Assembly: GCF_009734345.1 (NCBI RefSeq)
Contig: NZ_CP032551.1
Coordinates: 480,001 to 512,000, forward strand
DNA: 32,000 bases
Reading direction: 5' to 3'
From: Pseudidiomarina andamanensis
GTDB taxonomy: Bacteria > Pseudomonadota > Gammaproteobacteria > Enterobacterales > Alteromonadaceae
In this document: piece by piece, positions 1-8,489 of the stretch
How positions within the stretch are numbered: position 1 is the stretch's first letter
Layout: each line of letters begins with the position of its first letter
Notes under the pieces: generated by a model
What the model was told of the DNA's origin: nothing
Databases searched by the model: none
The model's input: only the letters and a program-made list of their open reading frames with translations
Position numbers and translations under genes: made by a program

Positions 1-375
1 GTCATTGCCGGTCAATTAGATGGTCAAGAAGGGCCAATACAGCAACCTGAACAGCGTTTCCTGATGCTCGATGTTCGGCTCGATCAAGATGCAGAGCTAA
101 TGGTTCCAAGTCAACAGCAACAGACGCGTTTAGCCTATGTTTATGCTGGAACCGTGACCGTGAATGACAAACAAGTTGAACGTGGTGAATTAGTGCGCTT
201 GAATCAAACCGATGACTTGCAGTTGAAATCGGTTAACAGTTCGGTGGGCATGATAATTTTAGCTGGCGAACCAATTGGTGAACCTATCGCGCAGTACGGA
301 CCTTTTGTGATGAATTCACAGGCAGAAATTGAACAGGCGTTGCGTGATTATCAATCGGGTAAACTAACCGCCTAA
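1..375 (+). CDS. pirin-family (cupin) protein, C-terminal part; the 5' end lies outside the window
   Basis: Frame 1 is open from base 1 (VIAGQLDGQEGPIQQPEQRFLMLDV...) to TAA at 373-375. The C-terminal stretch YGPFVMNSQAEIEQALRDYQSGKL is typical of pirin/YhhW-family C-termini. Confidence 0.7.
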   Translation, partial: VIAGQLDGQEGPIQQPEQRFLMLDVRLDQDAELMVPSQQQQTRLAYVYAGTVTVNDKQVERGELVRLNQTDDLQLKSVNSSVGMIILAGEPIGEPIAQYGPFVMNSQAEIEQALRDYQSGKLTA

Positions 376-419
376 CTGAGTTTCGATCTCACTGTTGTGA
401 CATTCCATAAGGAGAATTT

Positions 420-1388
420 ATGTCCGCAAGTATGCAAGTCATTGTTGCCGGTGAGCAGCAGGTTCAATGGCAACATCGACCACAGCCACAAATCGCTGCG
501 GACGAAGTACTCATTAAAGTTGCCTACAGTGGTATGAATCGAGCCGATTTAATGCAATTGGCTGGTCATTATCCGCCACCGCCAGGCGCATCTGATGTAC
601 TTGGCCTAGAAGTGAGTGGTGTGGTTCATGCTGTGGGAACTGACGTGGGCGCTTTCAAAGTTGGCGACCGCGTATGCGCACTGTTAACCGGTGGCGGCTA
701 TGCGGAATATGTTGCAGTACCAGCAGCCCAAGTCCTACCTGTACCAAAAGGCATGGATCTCGCTCAAGCCGCAGGAATTTGTGAGGTTTTTGCCACAGCG
801 TGGTACAACGTTTACGGTTTAGCCGCAGCACAACCCGGTGAACGCGTTCTCGTGCATGCGGCAGCAAGTGGCGTTGGCCAGGCGTTATTGCAACTTGCGC
901 GTGAACTTGGCAATCCAACATTCGCAACAGCGGGTAATGACGATAAGCTTGCGCATGCAAAACGACTCGGTGCAGAACAAGTATGGAATCGACGCGATGG
1001 TAGTTTTGTTGACGCAGTGAAGGCATGGGGGGGCGCCGATATTATTCTAGACCCGGTTGCTGGTGACTATTTGGCGTGGGATCAACAAGTGCTGAATCTT
1101 GATGGCAGGTTAATTGTCATTGGCTTAATGGGTGGGCGCGAGGCGCAACTTGATGCTGGCAGACTGTTGATGAAACGCCAACGGATTATTGGCAGTACTT
1201 TAAGAAGCCAACCGCCGCAGGTAAAAGCACGAATTATGGCTGAATTATACGCACATGTTTGGCCGCTGTTTGAGCAATCAAAAATAACGCCAAATATTGA
1301 TGAGGTGATGCCAGTTGGCGAGGTTGATCAAGCTTTTCAGCGCTTGCGCGATAATGCGACGCAGGGCAAATTGATTTTGGTTTGGTAA
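420..1388 (+). CDS. NAD(P)H:quinone oxidoreductase, medium-chain dehydrogenase/reductase family (zeta-crystallin/PIG3-like)
   Basis: 322-aa ORF with a strong SD (aaggag) 7 nt upstream. It has an MDR fold pattern (GLEVSGVVHAVG, GDRV) and a Rossmann-type nucleotide motif (VHAAASGVGQALLQLA). It ends in GKLILV, as quinone oxidoreductases do. Confidence 0.85.
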   Translation: MSASMQVIVAGEQQVQWQHRPQPQIAADEVLIKVAYSGMNRADLMQLAGHYPPPPGASDVLGLEVSGVVHAVGTDVGAFKVGDRVCALLTGGGYAEYVAVPAAQVLPVPKGMDLAQAAGICEVFATAWYNVYGLAAAQPGERVLVHAAASGVGQALLQLARELGNPTFATAGNDDKLAHAKRLGAEQVWNRRDGSFVDAVKAWGGADIILDPVAGDYLAWDQQVLNLDGRLIVIGLMGGREAQLDAGRLLMKRQRIIGSTLRSQPPQVKARIMAELYAHVWPLFEQSKITPNIDEVMPVGEVDQAFQRLRDNATQGKLILVW

Positions 1389-1396
1389 AAAAGTAG

Positions 1397-1481
1397 TGGT
1401 GGAGGGGGCAGGATTCGAACCTGCGAAGGCTGAGCCGTCAGATTTACAGTCTGATCCCTTTGACCGCTCGGGAACCCCTCC
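1397..1481 (-). tRNA. tRNA-Tyr (anticodon GTA), 85 nt with long variable arm and encoded CCA
   Basis: The reverse complement reads GGAGGGGTTCCCGAGCGGTCAAAGGGATCAGACTGTAAATCTGACGGCTCAGCCTTCGCAGGTTCGAATCCTGCCCCCTCCACCA. The acceptor stem is 7 bp (GGAGGGG/CCCCTCC). The anticodon stem-loop is TCAGA-CTGTAAA-TCTGA and the T-arm is GCAGG-TTCGAAT-CCTGC. It is close to E. coli tRNA-Tyr. Confidence 0.93.
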
Positions 1482-1494
1482 ACGCGAGGGCGGC

Positions 1495-1522
1495 ATAATA
1501 GCAGATTGAGAGTCACTGTAAA
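1495..1522 (-). promoter_or_regulatory. candidate sigma70 promoter for tRNA-Tyr with a GC-rich discriminator
   Basis: On the minus strand: TTTACA (1522-1517), a 16-nt spacer, then TATTAT (1500-1495). GCCGCCCTCGCG follows directly before the tRNA 5' end at 1481. This is the stable-RNA, stringent-type layout. Confidence 0.4.
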
Positions 1523-1567
1523 CCCGTTTATGATGTTGGCATTGGAATTAAACAACGAAGTGAACCA

Positions 1568-2491
1568 ATGAGCCCAGCAAAGCCAGCCGATGCGATACCT
1601 TTTGAAGTCGATGAAGAAATTGCTAAGTTTCTTGATCGGCTTTGGCTCAAACAGGGCGTTAGCGAGCACACCAGTGCCGCGTATCGTACCGATTTGCGCA
1701 GCTTTCAGCGTTTTCTCAGTGAATATCAACAGGCACAGTTACTTCACGTGACCAGTGCCGATTTAGAGCGCTATTTGTTGTGGCGTCGGCAAAATGGTTT
1801 TTCTCCTCGCAGCACTTCTCGTGCGCTCAGTGCGTTAAAGAAATTTTATCAGTATGCAGTTGCTGAGCGATTGTGTTCGAGTGACCCAACAACCCGCTTA
1901 GCTCGTCCGAAACAACCGCAATCTATTCCTCACAGTTTGTCTGAAGCCGAAGTGGAAGCTTTATTAACGGCACCAGATAGTGACGACCCAGTGCAACTTC
2001 GTGACAAAGCCATGCTCGAAGTCTTGTATGCAACGGGCTTGCGAGTAACCGAGTTAGTAAACTTGCAAGTCGATCAGATTCACTTTCAACAAGAGCTCGT
2101 GCGAGTTGTCGGTAAGGGTAACAAAGAACGTTTGGTACCTTTGGGGGAAGAAGCTTTAGATTGGCTGCAGCAGTATTTCAAAGATGGTCGTCAGCAACTG
2201 CACGCGCAACCCGGCGATTGGGTGTTTGTGACTCGACGCGGCGGGCCTTTGACGCGACAAGCATTTTGGCACCGAATTCGCTATTATGCTCAACGTGCTG
2301 ATATACGCTCTCATTTGTCGCCGCATACATTACGTCATGCGTTTGCAACCCATCTATTGAACCATGGTGCCGATTTGCGGGTGCTACAAATGCTATTGGG
2401 CCACAGCGATTTATCGACGACACAGATATATACACACGTTGCACGCGAACGTTTGCAGCAATTACATGCAAGCCATCACCCGCGTGCATAG
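1568..2491 (+). CDS. xerD: site-specific tyrosine recombinase XerD (chromosome dimer resolution)
   Basis: 307 aa. The catalytic region reads HTLRHAFATHLLNHGADLRVLQMLLGHSDLSTTQIYTHV (R-H-R-Y set). The N-terminal core-binding domain reads FLDRLWLKQGVSEHTSAAYRTDL. The xerD-dsbC-recJ-prfB-lysS order matches E. coli. Confidence 0.9.
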   Translation: MSPAKPADAIPFEVDEEIAKFLDRLWLKQGVSEHTSAAYRTDLRSFQRFLSEYQQAQLLHVTSADLERYLLWRRQNGFSPRSTSRALSALKKFYQYAVAERLCSSDPTTRLARPKQPQSIPHSLSEAEVEALLTAPDSDDPVQLRDKAMLEVLYATGLRVTELVNLQVDQIHFQQELVRVVGKGNKERLVPLGEEALDWLQQYFKDGRQQLHAQPGDWVFVTRRGGPLTRQAFWHRIRYYAQRADIRSHLSPHTLRHAFATHLLNHGADLRVLQMLLGHSDLSTTQIYTHVARERLQQLHASHHPRA

Positions 2492-2525
2492 TTAGGATTC
2501 GACAGCAGTGAACATAGGATAATTC

Positions 2526-3257
2526 ATGAAGTACTTGGCAGTTTTGGGTTTAAGTTTCTTTGCAATAGCGTGCTCACCTGAGCAAACAACTATAGCGGAA
2601 TCGAAAGCACCAGTTGCAAATGGCGCGTTTGATACCAGTCACATGCAACGCATGGGCTTTGTTGTTGAGTCGGCGCGTCCGGCACATATCGATGGGTTAA
2701 TGGAAGTTATCACTGATCAAGGGTTAGTTTATGCAAGTGAAGATGGTCGACATATTGTTAGTGGTAGAATCTTCGACATAACCGGAAGCGAACCAAATAA
2801 CGTTAGTGAAATGGTTCTTGAAGCCATGCGAGTAAAAGATTTAGCGCAGGTTGAGGATACAGTGATTGAATACACTGCCACGAATGAAAAGCATGTCATT
2901 CATGTGTTTACCGATACCAGTTGTGGTTATTGTCGCCAGTTACACGAACGCATCGATGAATACCTTGCTCTGGGCATTACTGTGCGCTATTTAGCATGGC
3001 CACGTAATGGCATGCAAAGCAGCGCTGCCACAAGCTTGAAAAATGCGTGGTGTGCGGATGATCAGCAAGCTGCGTTAAGTGCGGCCAAAAATGACGCCCC
3101 CTTAGTTTCAAAGCAGTGCGATGACCCAGTTGCGGAGCATTATGCCCTAGGCCATAAATTCGGAGTTCGTGGTACGCCAGCTATTGTGTTCGAATCAGGA
3201 CGCATGTTACCTGGCTATGTACCGCCAGAGCGTTTAGCTGCAGAACTCGATAAGTAA
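2526..3257 (+). CDS. dsbC: periplasmic thiol:disulfide interchange protein DsbC
   Basis: 243 aa with an N-terminal signal peptide. The thioredoxin-fold active site is FTDTSCGYCRQLH (CGYC). The second structural disulfide Cys pair is present (WCADD...KQCDD). GITVRYLAWPR and GVRGTPAIVF match E. coli DsbC. Confidence 0.9.
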   Translation: MKYLAVLGLSFFAIACSPEQTTIAESKAPVANGAFDTSHMQRMGFVVESARPAHIDGLMEVITDQGLVYASEDGRHIVSGRIFDITGSEPNNVSEMVLEAMRVKDLAQVEDTVIEYTATNEKHVIHVFTDTSCGYCRQLHERIDEYLALGITVRYLAWPRNGMQSSAATSLKNAWCADDQQAALSAAKNDAPLVSKQCDDPVAEHYALGHKFGVRGTPAIVFESGRMLPGYVPPERLAAELDK

Positions 3258-4972
3258 TGATGACAGATATCAGCATACAACGTCGCCCCAAAGTTGAAGT
3301 TGGGGATTGGGCTGCGGGATTGCCACCATTGCTTGCACAAATACTCGCGCGCCGGGGTATTGCCGAAGCTCAGCAACTTGATCTCGGCGCCAAACAGCTA
3401 CCGCACTTTAATTTGCTTAAAGGTACCGACGTCGCTGCAAAAATTCTTGCCGACGCGATTGCGCGGCAACAAGCGATATGTATCTGTGGCGATTTTGATG
3501 CCGATGGCGCCACCTCGACGGCATTGATGGTTTCGGTACTCCAAGCTCTCAGTGCCCAACGGGTGAGCTATATTGTTCCGAACCGTTTTGCCGATGGATA
3601 TGGGCTATCGCCTGCGGTTGTCGCGCAAGCGCAGCAACAAGGCGCGGAGATTATCGTGACGGTTGATAGCGGTATTTCGTGTCACGCTGGCGTAGCAGCA
3701 GCGAAAGCTGCGGGTATGACGGTGATTATTACTGATCACCACTTGCCTGGTGCTCAATTGCCGAATGCCGATGTCATTGTCAATCCGAATCAACCAAACT
3801 GTGAGTTTCCTAGCCCCAATATTGCGGGGGTAGGCGTTGCATTTTATGTGTTATTAGCGTTACGCAATGAATTGCGTGAGCGCGGCATTGAAACACCGAA
3901 TTTAGCGCAATGGCTCGACTTAGTTGCTGTCGGAACCGTTGCCGATGTGGTTAAACTTGATGGTGTTAACCGTATTTTAGTGCAGCAAGGTTTACAACGC
4001 ATTCGGGCTGGTTATTGTCGACCGGGCATCGCTGCATTACTTCAGGTTGCGAACCGTGATCCGCAGCAGCTTCAGGCTAGTGACCTTGGGTTCGCAATCG
4101 GTCCGCGAATAAATGCTGCAGGTCGGTTAGATGATATGGCCGCTGGTATTGAATGCTTGCTCGCGCAAAATCTAGCGCAGGCGCAAGAATTAGCCTCACA
4201 ACTCGATGCATTGAATAAAGCACGCCGCAATATCGAAACTGAAATGCGTGAAGAAGCTGAAGCTTATGTGGCGCAACTTAATGCCGACGGTGATCGGTTA
4301 CCAGCAGCGTTAGTACTGTATCAAGCTGGCTGGCATCAGGGAGTGGTTGGGATTGTTGCGGGCCGAGTGAAAGAACAGTGCCACCGACCGGTCATAGCCT
4401 TTGCTGACAGTGACGATGGTTATTTAAAGGGGTCAGCACGCTCCATTCCGGGGTTACATATCCGCGATGTGTTAGAACGTGTGCATAGTTTGTATCCGCA
4501 TTTAATTGAACGCTTTGGTGGTCATGCGATGGCGGCTGGATTATCCCTCGCGCACGAAAACTTAAACGAATTTCGGCAAGCATTTACGCAACAGGTTGAA
4601 ATTTGGCTAGGCGACGAGGAGCTTACTCGCACAATTTGGTCGGACGGAGAGCTCGATGCCGATTACCTACAAGAACCGTTTGTACGCCAACTGGAAGCTT
4701 ATGGTCCGTGGGGACAAGGTTTTCCGGAGCCTATTTTTGATGGTGAGTTTCGCATCGTGGATCACCGGGTGGTTGGTGAGCGTCATTTGAAATTGGTGCT
4801 TGAAACGCCACAGCGCGTGGTTGTTGATGCGATTGCATTTAACATTGATTTAAAAATCTGGCCAGATGATTCTGTGCAGCGATTGCATGCTGCCTATAAA
4901 GTCCAATTAAATCACTTTCGTGGACGCACTTCTGTGCAGCTACAACTAGAGCATTTTTACGCTTTGCGGTAG
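3257..4972 (+). CDS. recJ: single-stranded-DNA-specific exonuclease RecJ
   Basis: 571 aa with DHH-family motifs (ICGDFDADGATS, IVTVDSG, VIITDHH) and the DHHA1 motif GGHAMAAG. The start ATG overlaps the dsbC stop (taATGatg). Confidence 0.95.
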   Translation: MMTDISIQRRPKVEVGDWAAGLPPLLAQILARRGIAEAQQLDLGAKQLPHFNLLKGTDVAAKILADAIARQQAICICGDFDADGATSTALMVSVLQALSAQRVSYIVPNRFADGYGLSPAVVAQAQQQGAEIIVTVDSGISCHAGVAAAKAAGMTVIITDHHLPGAQLPNADVIVNPNQPNCEFPSPNIAGVGVAFYVLLALRNELRERGIETPNLAQWLDLVAVGTVADVVKLDGVNRILVQQGLQRIRAGYCRPGIAALLQVANRDPQQLQASDLGFAIGPRINAAGRLDDMAAGIECLLAQNLAQAQELASQLDALNKARRNIETEMREEAEAYVAQLNADGDRLPAALVLYQAGWHQGVVGIVAGRVKEQCHRPVIAFADSDDGYLKGSARSIPGLHIRDVLERVHSLYPHLIERFGGHAMAAGLSLAHENLNEFRQAFTQQVEIWLGDEELTRTIWSDGELDADYLQEPFVRQLEAYGPWGQGFPEPIFDGEFRIVDHRVVGERHLKLVLETPQRVVVDAIAFNIDLKIWPDDSVQRLHAAYKVQLNHFRGRTSVQLQLEHFYALR

Positions 4973-5029
4973 AATACGCCCCCTTTGTGAACAACCATGC
5001 AAACAACTTGCTATTGAGATTGAAAAACT

Positions 5030-6128
5030 ATGTTCGAAACGAATGCTACTTATGTTGCGATAAAAGAAATGCGTAAACGCAGCGAGCTACTTCGGGGGTA
5101 TCTTTGACTACGCTCAGAAAGTAGAGCGCCTTGAAGAAGTGACTCGTGAGCTTGAAGACCCGAGCGTGTGGAACGACCAAGAACGCGCGCAGGCTTTAGG
5201 AAAAGAGCGCGCGAGTCTTGAGCAAGTGGTTGAAACGTTGAACAATCTCGCGCAAGGGCTGGAGGATGTTGAAGGTTTAGTCGAGCTAGCCGTTGAAGCG
5301 GACGATGAAGAAACTTACAACGATGCGGTTGCTGAGCTTGATCAGTTAGAAGGGCAACTAGCAACGCTTGAGTTCCGTCGGATGTTCTCGGGCGATCATG
5401 ACGCATCAGATTGTTATTTAGATATACAAGCAGGTTCAGGTGGTACGGAAGCACAAGATTGGGCAAATATGCTGCTGCGGATGTATTTGCGTTGGGCCGA
5501 ATCGCATGACTTTAAAGCTGAAATTACGGAGCTTTCTGAAGGTGAAGTCGCTGGTATCAAATCAGTCACGGTGCGTGTACAAGGTGAATATGCTTACGGT
5601 TGGTTACGTACCGAAACCGGCGTACATCGATTAGTACGTAAATCACCTTTTGATTCAGGAAATCGTCGGCACACGTCGTTTGCTTCGGTGTTTGTCTATC
5701 CAGAAGTCGATGACTCTATCCAAATTGAAATTAACCCGGCCGATTTGCGCGTCGATACTTACCGTGCATCAGGTGCCGGTGGTCAGCACGTTAACCGTAC
5801 TGATTCGGCGATTCGTATTACCCATGAACCTACCGGCGTGGTGGTGCAGTGCCAGAGCGATCGTTCGCAGCATAAAAACCGAGACGCCGCGATGAAACAA
5901 TTACGCGCGAAGTTGTTTGAGTTAGAATTGCAAAAACAATTAGCTGAAAAACAAGCGCTAGAAGATTCAAAGTCAGATATTGGCTGGGGCAGTCAAATCC
6001 GCTCGTATGTGCTCGATGATGCACGGATTAAAGATTTGCGTACCGGTGTTGAAAACCGCAATACGCAAGCGGTACTTGACGGTGCGCTCGATCCATTTAT
6101 TGAAGCAAGTTTGAAATCAGGTTTATAA
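5030..6128 (+). CDS. prfB: peptide chain release factor 2, expressed through a programmed +1 ribosomal frameshift (frame 0: 5030-5104; +1 frame: 5106-6128)
   Basis: ATG at 5030 encodes [25 protein letters not shown] and then meets TGA at 5105-5107. Skipping T5105 continues as [23 protein letters not shown]..., which joins the 329-aa ORF. SPF (RKSPFDS) and GGQ (SGAGGQHVN) motifs are present. The product is near-collinear with E. coli RF2. Confidence 0.95.
5094..5108 (+). promoter_or_regulatory. prfB autoregulatory +1 frameshift site (internal SD-like GGGGG, then TAT CTT TGA C)
   Basis: The sequence is GGGGG(5094-5098) TAT CTT(5102-5104) TGA(5105-5107) C. This is identical in layout to the E. 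coli site AGG GGG UAU CUU UGA C. Confidence 0.9.
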
Positions 6129-6175
6129 ATTGAAGTTGCAGGGCGTGAGGCCGTGCGAAAAGAGGAAACTTACCC

Positions 6176-7684
6176 ATGAACGATAAAATGCAAGCCCCTG
6201 AGTTGGACGTCAATGAACAAATCGCCCAGCGCAAGGCTAAGCTTGCTGCGTTGCGCGAGCGAGGCGTAGCATTCCCGAATGATTTTCGTCGCGACAGTTT
6301 AGCTGCTGAATTGCATGATCAATTTGATGGTTCTGAAAAAGAAGAGCTCGCGGCGAAAGGAATTCGTGTCAGCGTTGCTGGTCGTATGATGACGCGTCGT
6401 ATTATGGGCAAGGCAAGTTTTGCGACGATTCAAGATATGTCGGGCCAAATTCAGCTCTACGTAGCGCGCGATAACCTGCCTGAAGGTTTTTACAACGAAG
6501 AGTTCAAAAAATGGGATCTCGGCGATATTGTCGGTGCCTCGGGAACGCTTTTTATCACCGGAACTGGTGAATTGAGTGTGCAAGTGGATGACGTTCGTTT
6601 ATTAACCAAAGCGCTACGTCCGCTGCCAGATAAATTCCACGGTTTATCAGACCAAGAAATGCGCTATCGTCAGCGTTACTTAGATTTGATTACCAACCAA
6701 GAGTCTCGCAAAACCTTTATTGTGCGCTCGAAAGTGGTGGATTACATTCGCCGTTACTTAGCTGAAAAGCAGTTCTTGGAAGTAGAAACGCCAATGATGC
6801 AAACCATTCCAGGCGGTGCCGCAGCGCGTCCGTTTGTGACGCATCACAATGCTTTAGATATGCAGTTATATCTGCGTATTGCGCCTGAACTTTATTTGAA
6901 GCGTTTGGTTGTTGGTGGTTTCGAGAAAGTGTTTGAAATTAACCGTAATTTCCGTAACGAAGGTTTATCAACGCGTCATAATCCAGAATTCACCATGCTA
7001 GAGTTTTACTGGGCTTATGCCGATTACCAAGATCTGATGGATTTAACCGAAGACATGCTTCGCGGCATGACGACCGAAATTTTGGGTTCAGCGCAATTTG
7101 AAAGTGAAGGCGTACAGTACGACTTCAGTAAACCATTTGCGCGAATGACGGTAAAAGAAGCGATTTTAGAGCATTTGCCAACAGCTACCGAAGCGCAGCT
7201 CGATAGCCTTGAACAAGCAACTGCATTGGCTGAATCTTTGGGTATTAAAGTGAAGCCAAATTGGGGCTTGGGTAAAATTCAAATCGAGATCTTTGAAGAG
7301 GTGGCGGAACACAAGTTAATGCAACCAACCTTCATTACCGCATACCCAGCTGAGGTTTCACCTTTAGCTCGTCGTAATGATAACGATCCATTTATTACCG
7401 ACCGCTTTGAATTCTTCGTTGGTGGACGTGAGCTGGCAAATGGCTTCTCGGAGCTAAATGACGCCGAAGATCAAGCAGAACGCTTCCGTGAACAAGTTCA
7501 GCAAAAAGAAGCGGGTGACGATGAAGCGATGTTCTACGATGAAGATTACGTGACAGCGTTAGAACATGGTTTGCCGCCAACAGCGGGTGAGGGTATCGGG
7601 ATTGATCGGTTGGTGATGTTGTTAACTGATTCGCCGTCAATTCGTGATGTGTTGTTGTTCCCGCACATGCGTCCTAAAAAATAA
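6176..7684 (+). CDS. lysS: lysyl-tRNA synthetase (class II)
   Basis: 502 aa with class II motifs ([20 protein letters not shown]; [14 protein letters not shown]) and an N-terminal OB anticodon-binding domain. It lies immediately downstream of prfB, as in E. coli. Confidence 0.95.
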   Translation: MNDKMQAPELDVNEQIAQRKAKLAALRERGVAFPNDFRRDSLAAELHDQFDGSEKEELAAKGIRVSVAGRMMTRRIMGKASFATIQDMSGQIQLYVARDNLPEGFYNEEFKKWDLGDIVGASGTLFITGTGELSVQVDDVRLLTKALRPLPDKFHGLSDQEMRYRQRYLDLITNQESRKTFIVRSKVVDYIRRYLAEKQFLEVETPMMQTIPGGAAARPFVTHHNALDMQLYLRIAPELYLKRLVVGGFEKVFEINRNFRNEGLSTRHNPEFTMLEFYWAYADYQDLMDLTEDMLRGMTTEILGSAQFESEGVQYDFSKPFARMTVKEAILEHLPTATEAQLDSLEQATALAESLGIKVKPNWGLGKIQIEIFEEVAEHKLMQPTFITAYPAEVSPLARRNDNDPFITDRFEFFVGGRELANGFSELNDAEDQAERFREQVQQKEAGDDEAMFYDEDYVTALEHGLPPTAGEGIGIDRLVMLLTDSPSIRDVLLFPHMRPKK

Positions 7685-7687
7685 GAG

Positions 7688-7781
7688 CGTTATTGGTTAT
7701 TCGTTATTGGTTATTCGTAGCCCGGCGTTTTACGCCGGGTTTTTTTATAGCCGAATAACGATTAACGAATAACGATTAACG
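7688..7781. repeat. compound palindrome: 30-nt arms, each made of two tandem 14-mers, flanking the lysS terminator
   Basis: The left arm (7688-7717) is (cgttattggttatt)x2 + cg. The right arm (7752-7781) is (cgaataacgattaa)x2 + cg. The arms are reverse-complementary at 26 of 30 positions. The same two mismatches recur in both 14-mer copies. Confidence 0.7.
7719..7746 (+). terminator. Rho-independent terminator of lysS
   Basis: A GC stem cccggcg (7721-7727) pairs with cgccggg (7733-7739) around a 5-nt loop (tttta). A 7-T run follows at 7740-7746. The structure lies 35 nt after the lysS stop. Confidence 0.8.
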
Positions 7782-7787
7782 CTTTTC

Positions 7788-8489
7788 TCAGTTCGTGGGG
7801 GCAGGGATGAAGCGATAACCAAGTGCCGGCACGGTCTCTATAAACTGTGGATGTTCCGAGTCATCGTTTAGTTTTTTCCGCAGTTGGCTTACGCAAACGC
7901 GTAAATACTGGGTATTGTGGCGATGTTGATGACCCCATAAACGGGTCAGTAAGTAGTCATGCTCGAGTAGTTTTTGTGGTTGCTGCGCTAACAAATAAAG
8001 CAATTCGTACTCTTTCGGGGTTAGATTTACGAGACTCTGGTTTAATGTAACCTGATGCTTTAATAAGTTGATTTCCAACGCATTGAAGCGCATCACTGAT
8101 GGAATATCCGAATTCATTTGGCTGGCAGACAAGTCGCGCAAAAGTACCCGAATTCGAGCTAAAAGTTCACGTACGCCAAAGGGCTTACATAAATAATCGT
8201 TTGCGCCTAAATCGAGTGCTGTAATCTTCACATCTTCATCATCGCGCGCACTCAGGACAATAATTGGTGGATTGCTCTGGCGTTGACGTAGTTTTTGAAT
8301 TACTGATAATCCATCGCTATCAGGAAGACCCAGATCGAGGATAATCAGATCTGGCGATAACTGTTCGGCCATCATCAACCCTTGTCGCGCTGAGCTGGCC
8401 TCGTAAAATTCATAACCCTCAGACTGAAGTGAAATTCGAACAAAAGTCCTAATCTTCGGTTCATCATCAATGAATAAGATAGTCGTCAT
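7788..8489 (-). CDS. OmpR-family response regulator, KdpE-like
   Basis: 233 aa. The receiver domain has DDE...DLIILDLGLPDSDG...IIVLSAR...KPF. The winged-helix C-terminus reads YLRVCVSQLRKKLNDDSEHPQFIETVPALGYRF and aligns with E. coli KdpE HYLRIYMGHLRQKLEQDPARPRHFITETGIGYRF. The start ATG overlaps the kinase stop (ATGA, 8486-8489). Confidence 0.85.
   Translation of the reverse strand: MTTILFIDDEPKIRTFVRISLQSEGYEFYEASSARQGLMMAEQLSPDLIILDLGLPDSDGLSVIQKLRQRQSNPPIIVLSARDDEDVKITALDLGANDYLCKPFGVRELLARIRVLLRDLSASQMNSDIPSVMRFNALEINLLKHQVTLNQSLVNLTPKEYELLYLLAQQPQKLLEHDYLLTRLWGHQHRHNTQYLRVCVSQLRKKLNDDSEHPQFIETVPALGYRFIPAPTN

Noticed and set aside
1397-2491. A tRNA gene directly next to a tyrosine recombinase, which could mark an integrase-bounded genomic island or prophage.
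   Set aside because: The recombinase is housekeeping XerD. It has full-length similarity, including the catalytic RHRY region, and sits in the conserved xerD-dsbC-recJ-prfB-lysS order. It is transcribed away from the tRNA. Everything downstream is core metabolism, and no att-like repeat of the tRNA 3' end was seen.
2526-2580. The DsbC signal peptide ends ...FFAIACSPEQ, which could be a lipobox making DsbC a lipoprotein.
   Set aside because: The -3 residue (A) does not fit the usual L/V/I lipobox position. AIA followed by C is a perfect AXA signal peptidase I site, so a soluble periplasmic DsbC is the simpler reading. This could be revisited with a lipoprotein predictor.
5102-5107. An in-frame TGA splitting prfB, which could indicate a pseudogene or sequencing error.
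   Set aside because: The context (GGGGG TAT CTT TGA C) is the canonical RF2 programmed +1 frameshift site, and both parts align with RF2.
5050-5466. A 138-aa ORF antisense to prfB. Similar long antisense or out-of-frame ORFs occur at 655-1026, 1337-1729, 17223-17591, 21104-21493 and 22115-22372.
   Set aside because: These are shadow ORFs lying entirely within, or across the ends of, well-supported genes. Their composition is low-complexity and Arg/Ser/Leu/Cys-rich, they have no SD, and they show no recognisable motifs.
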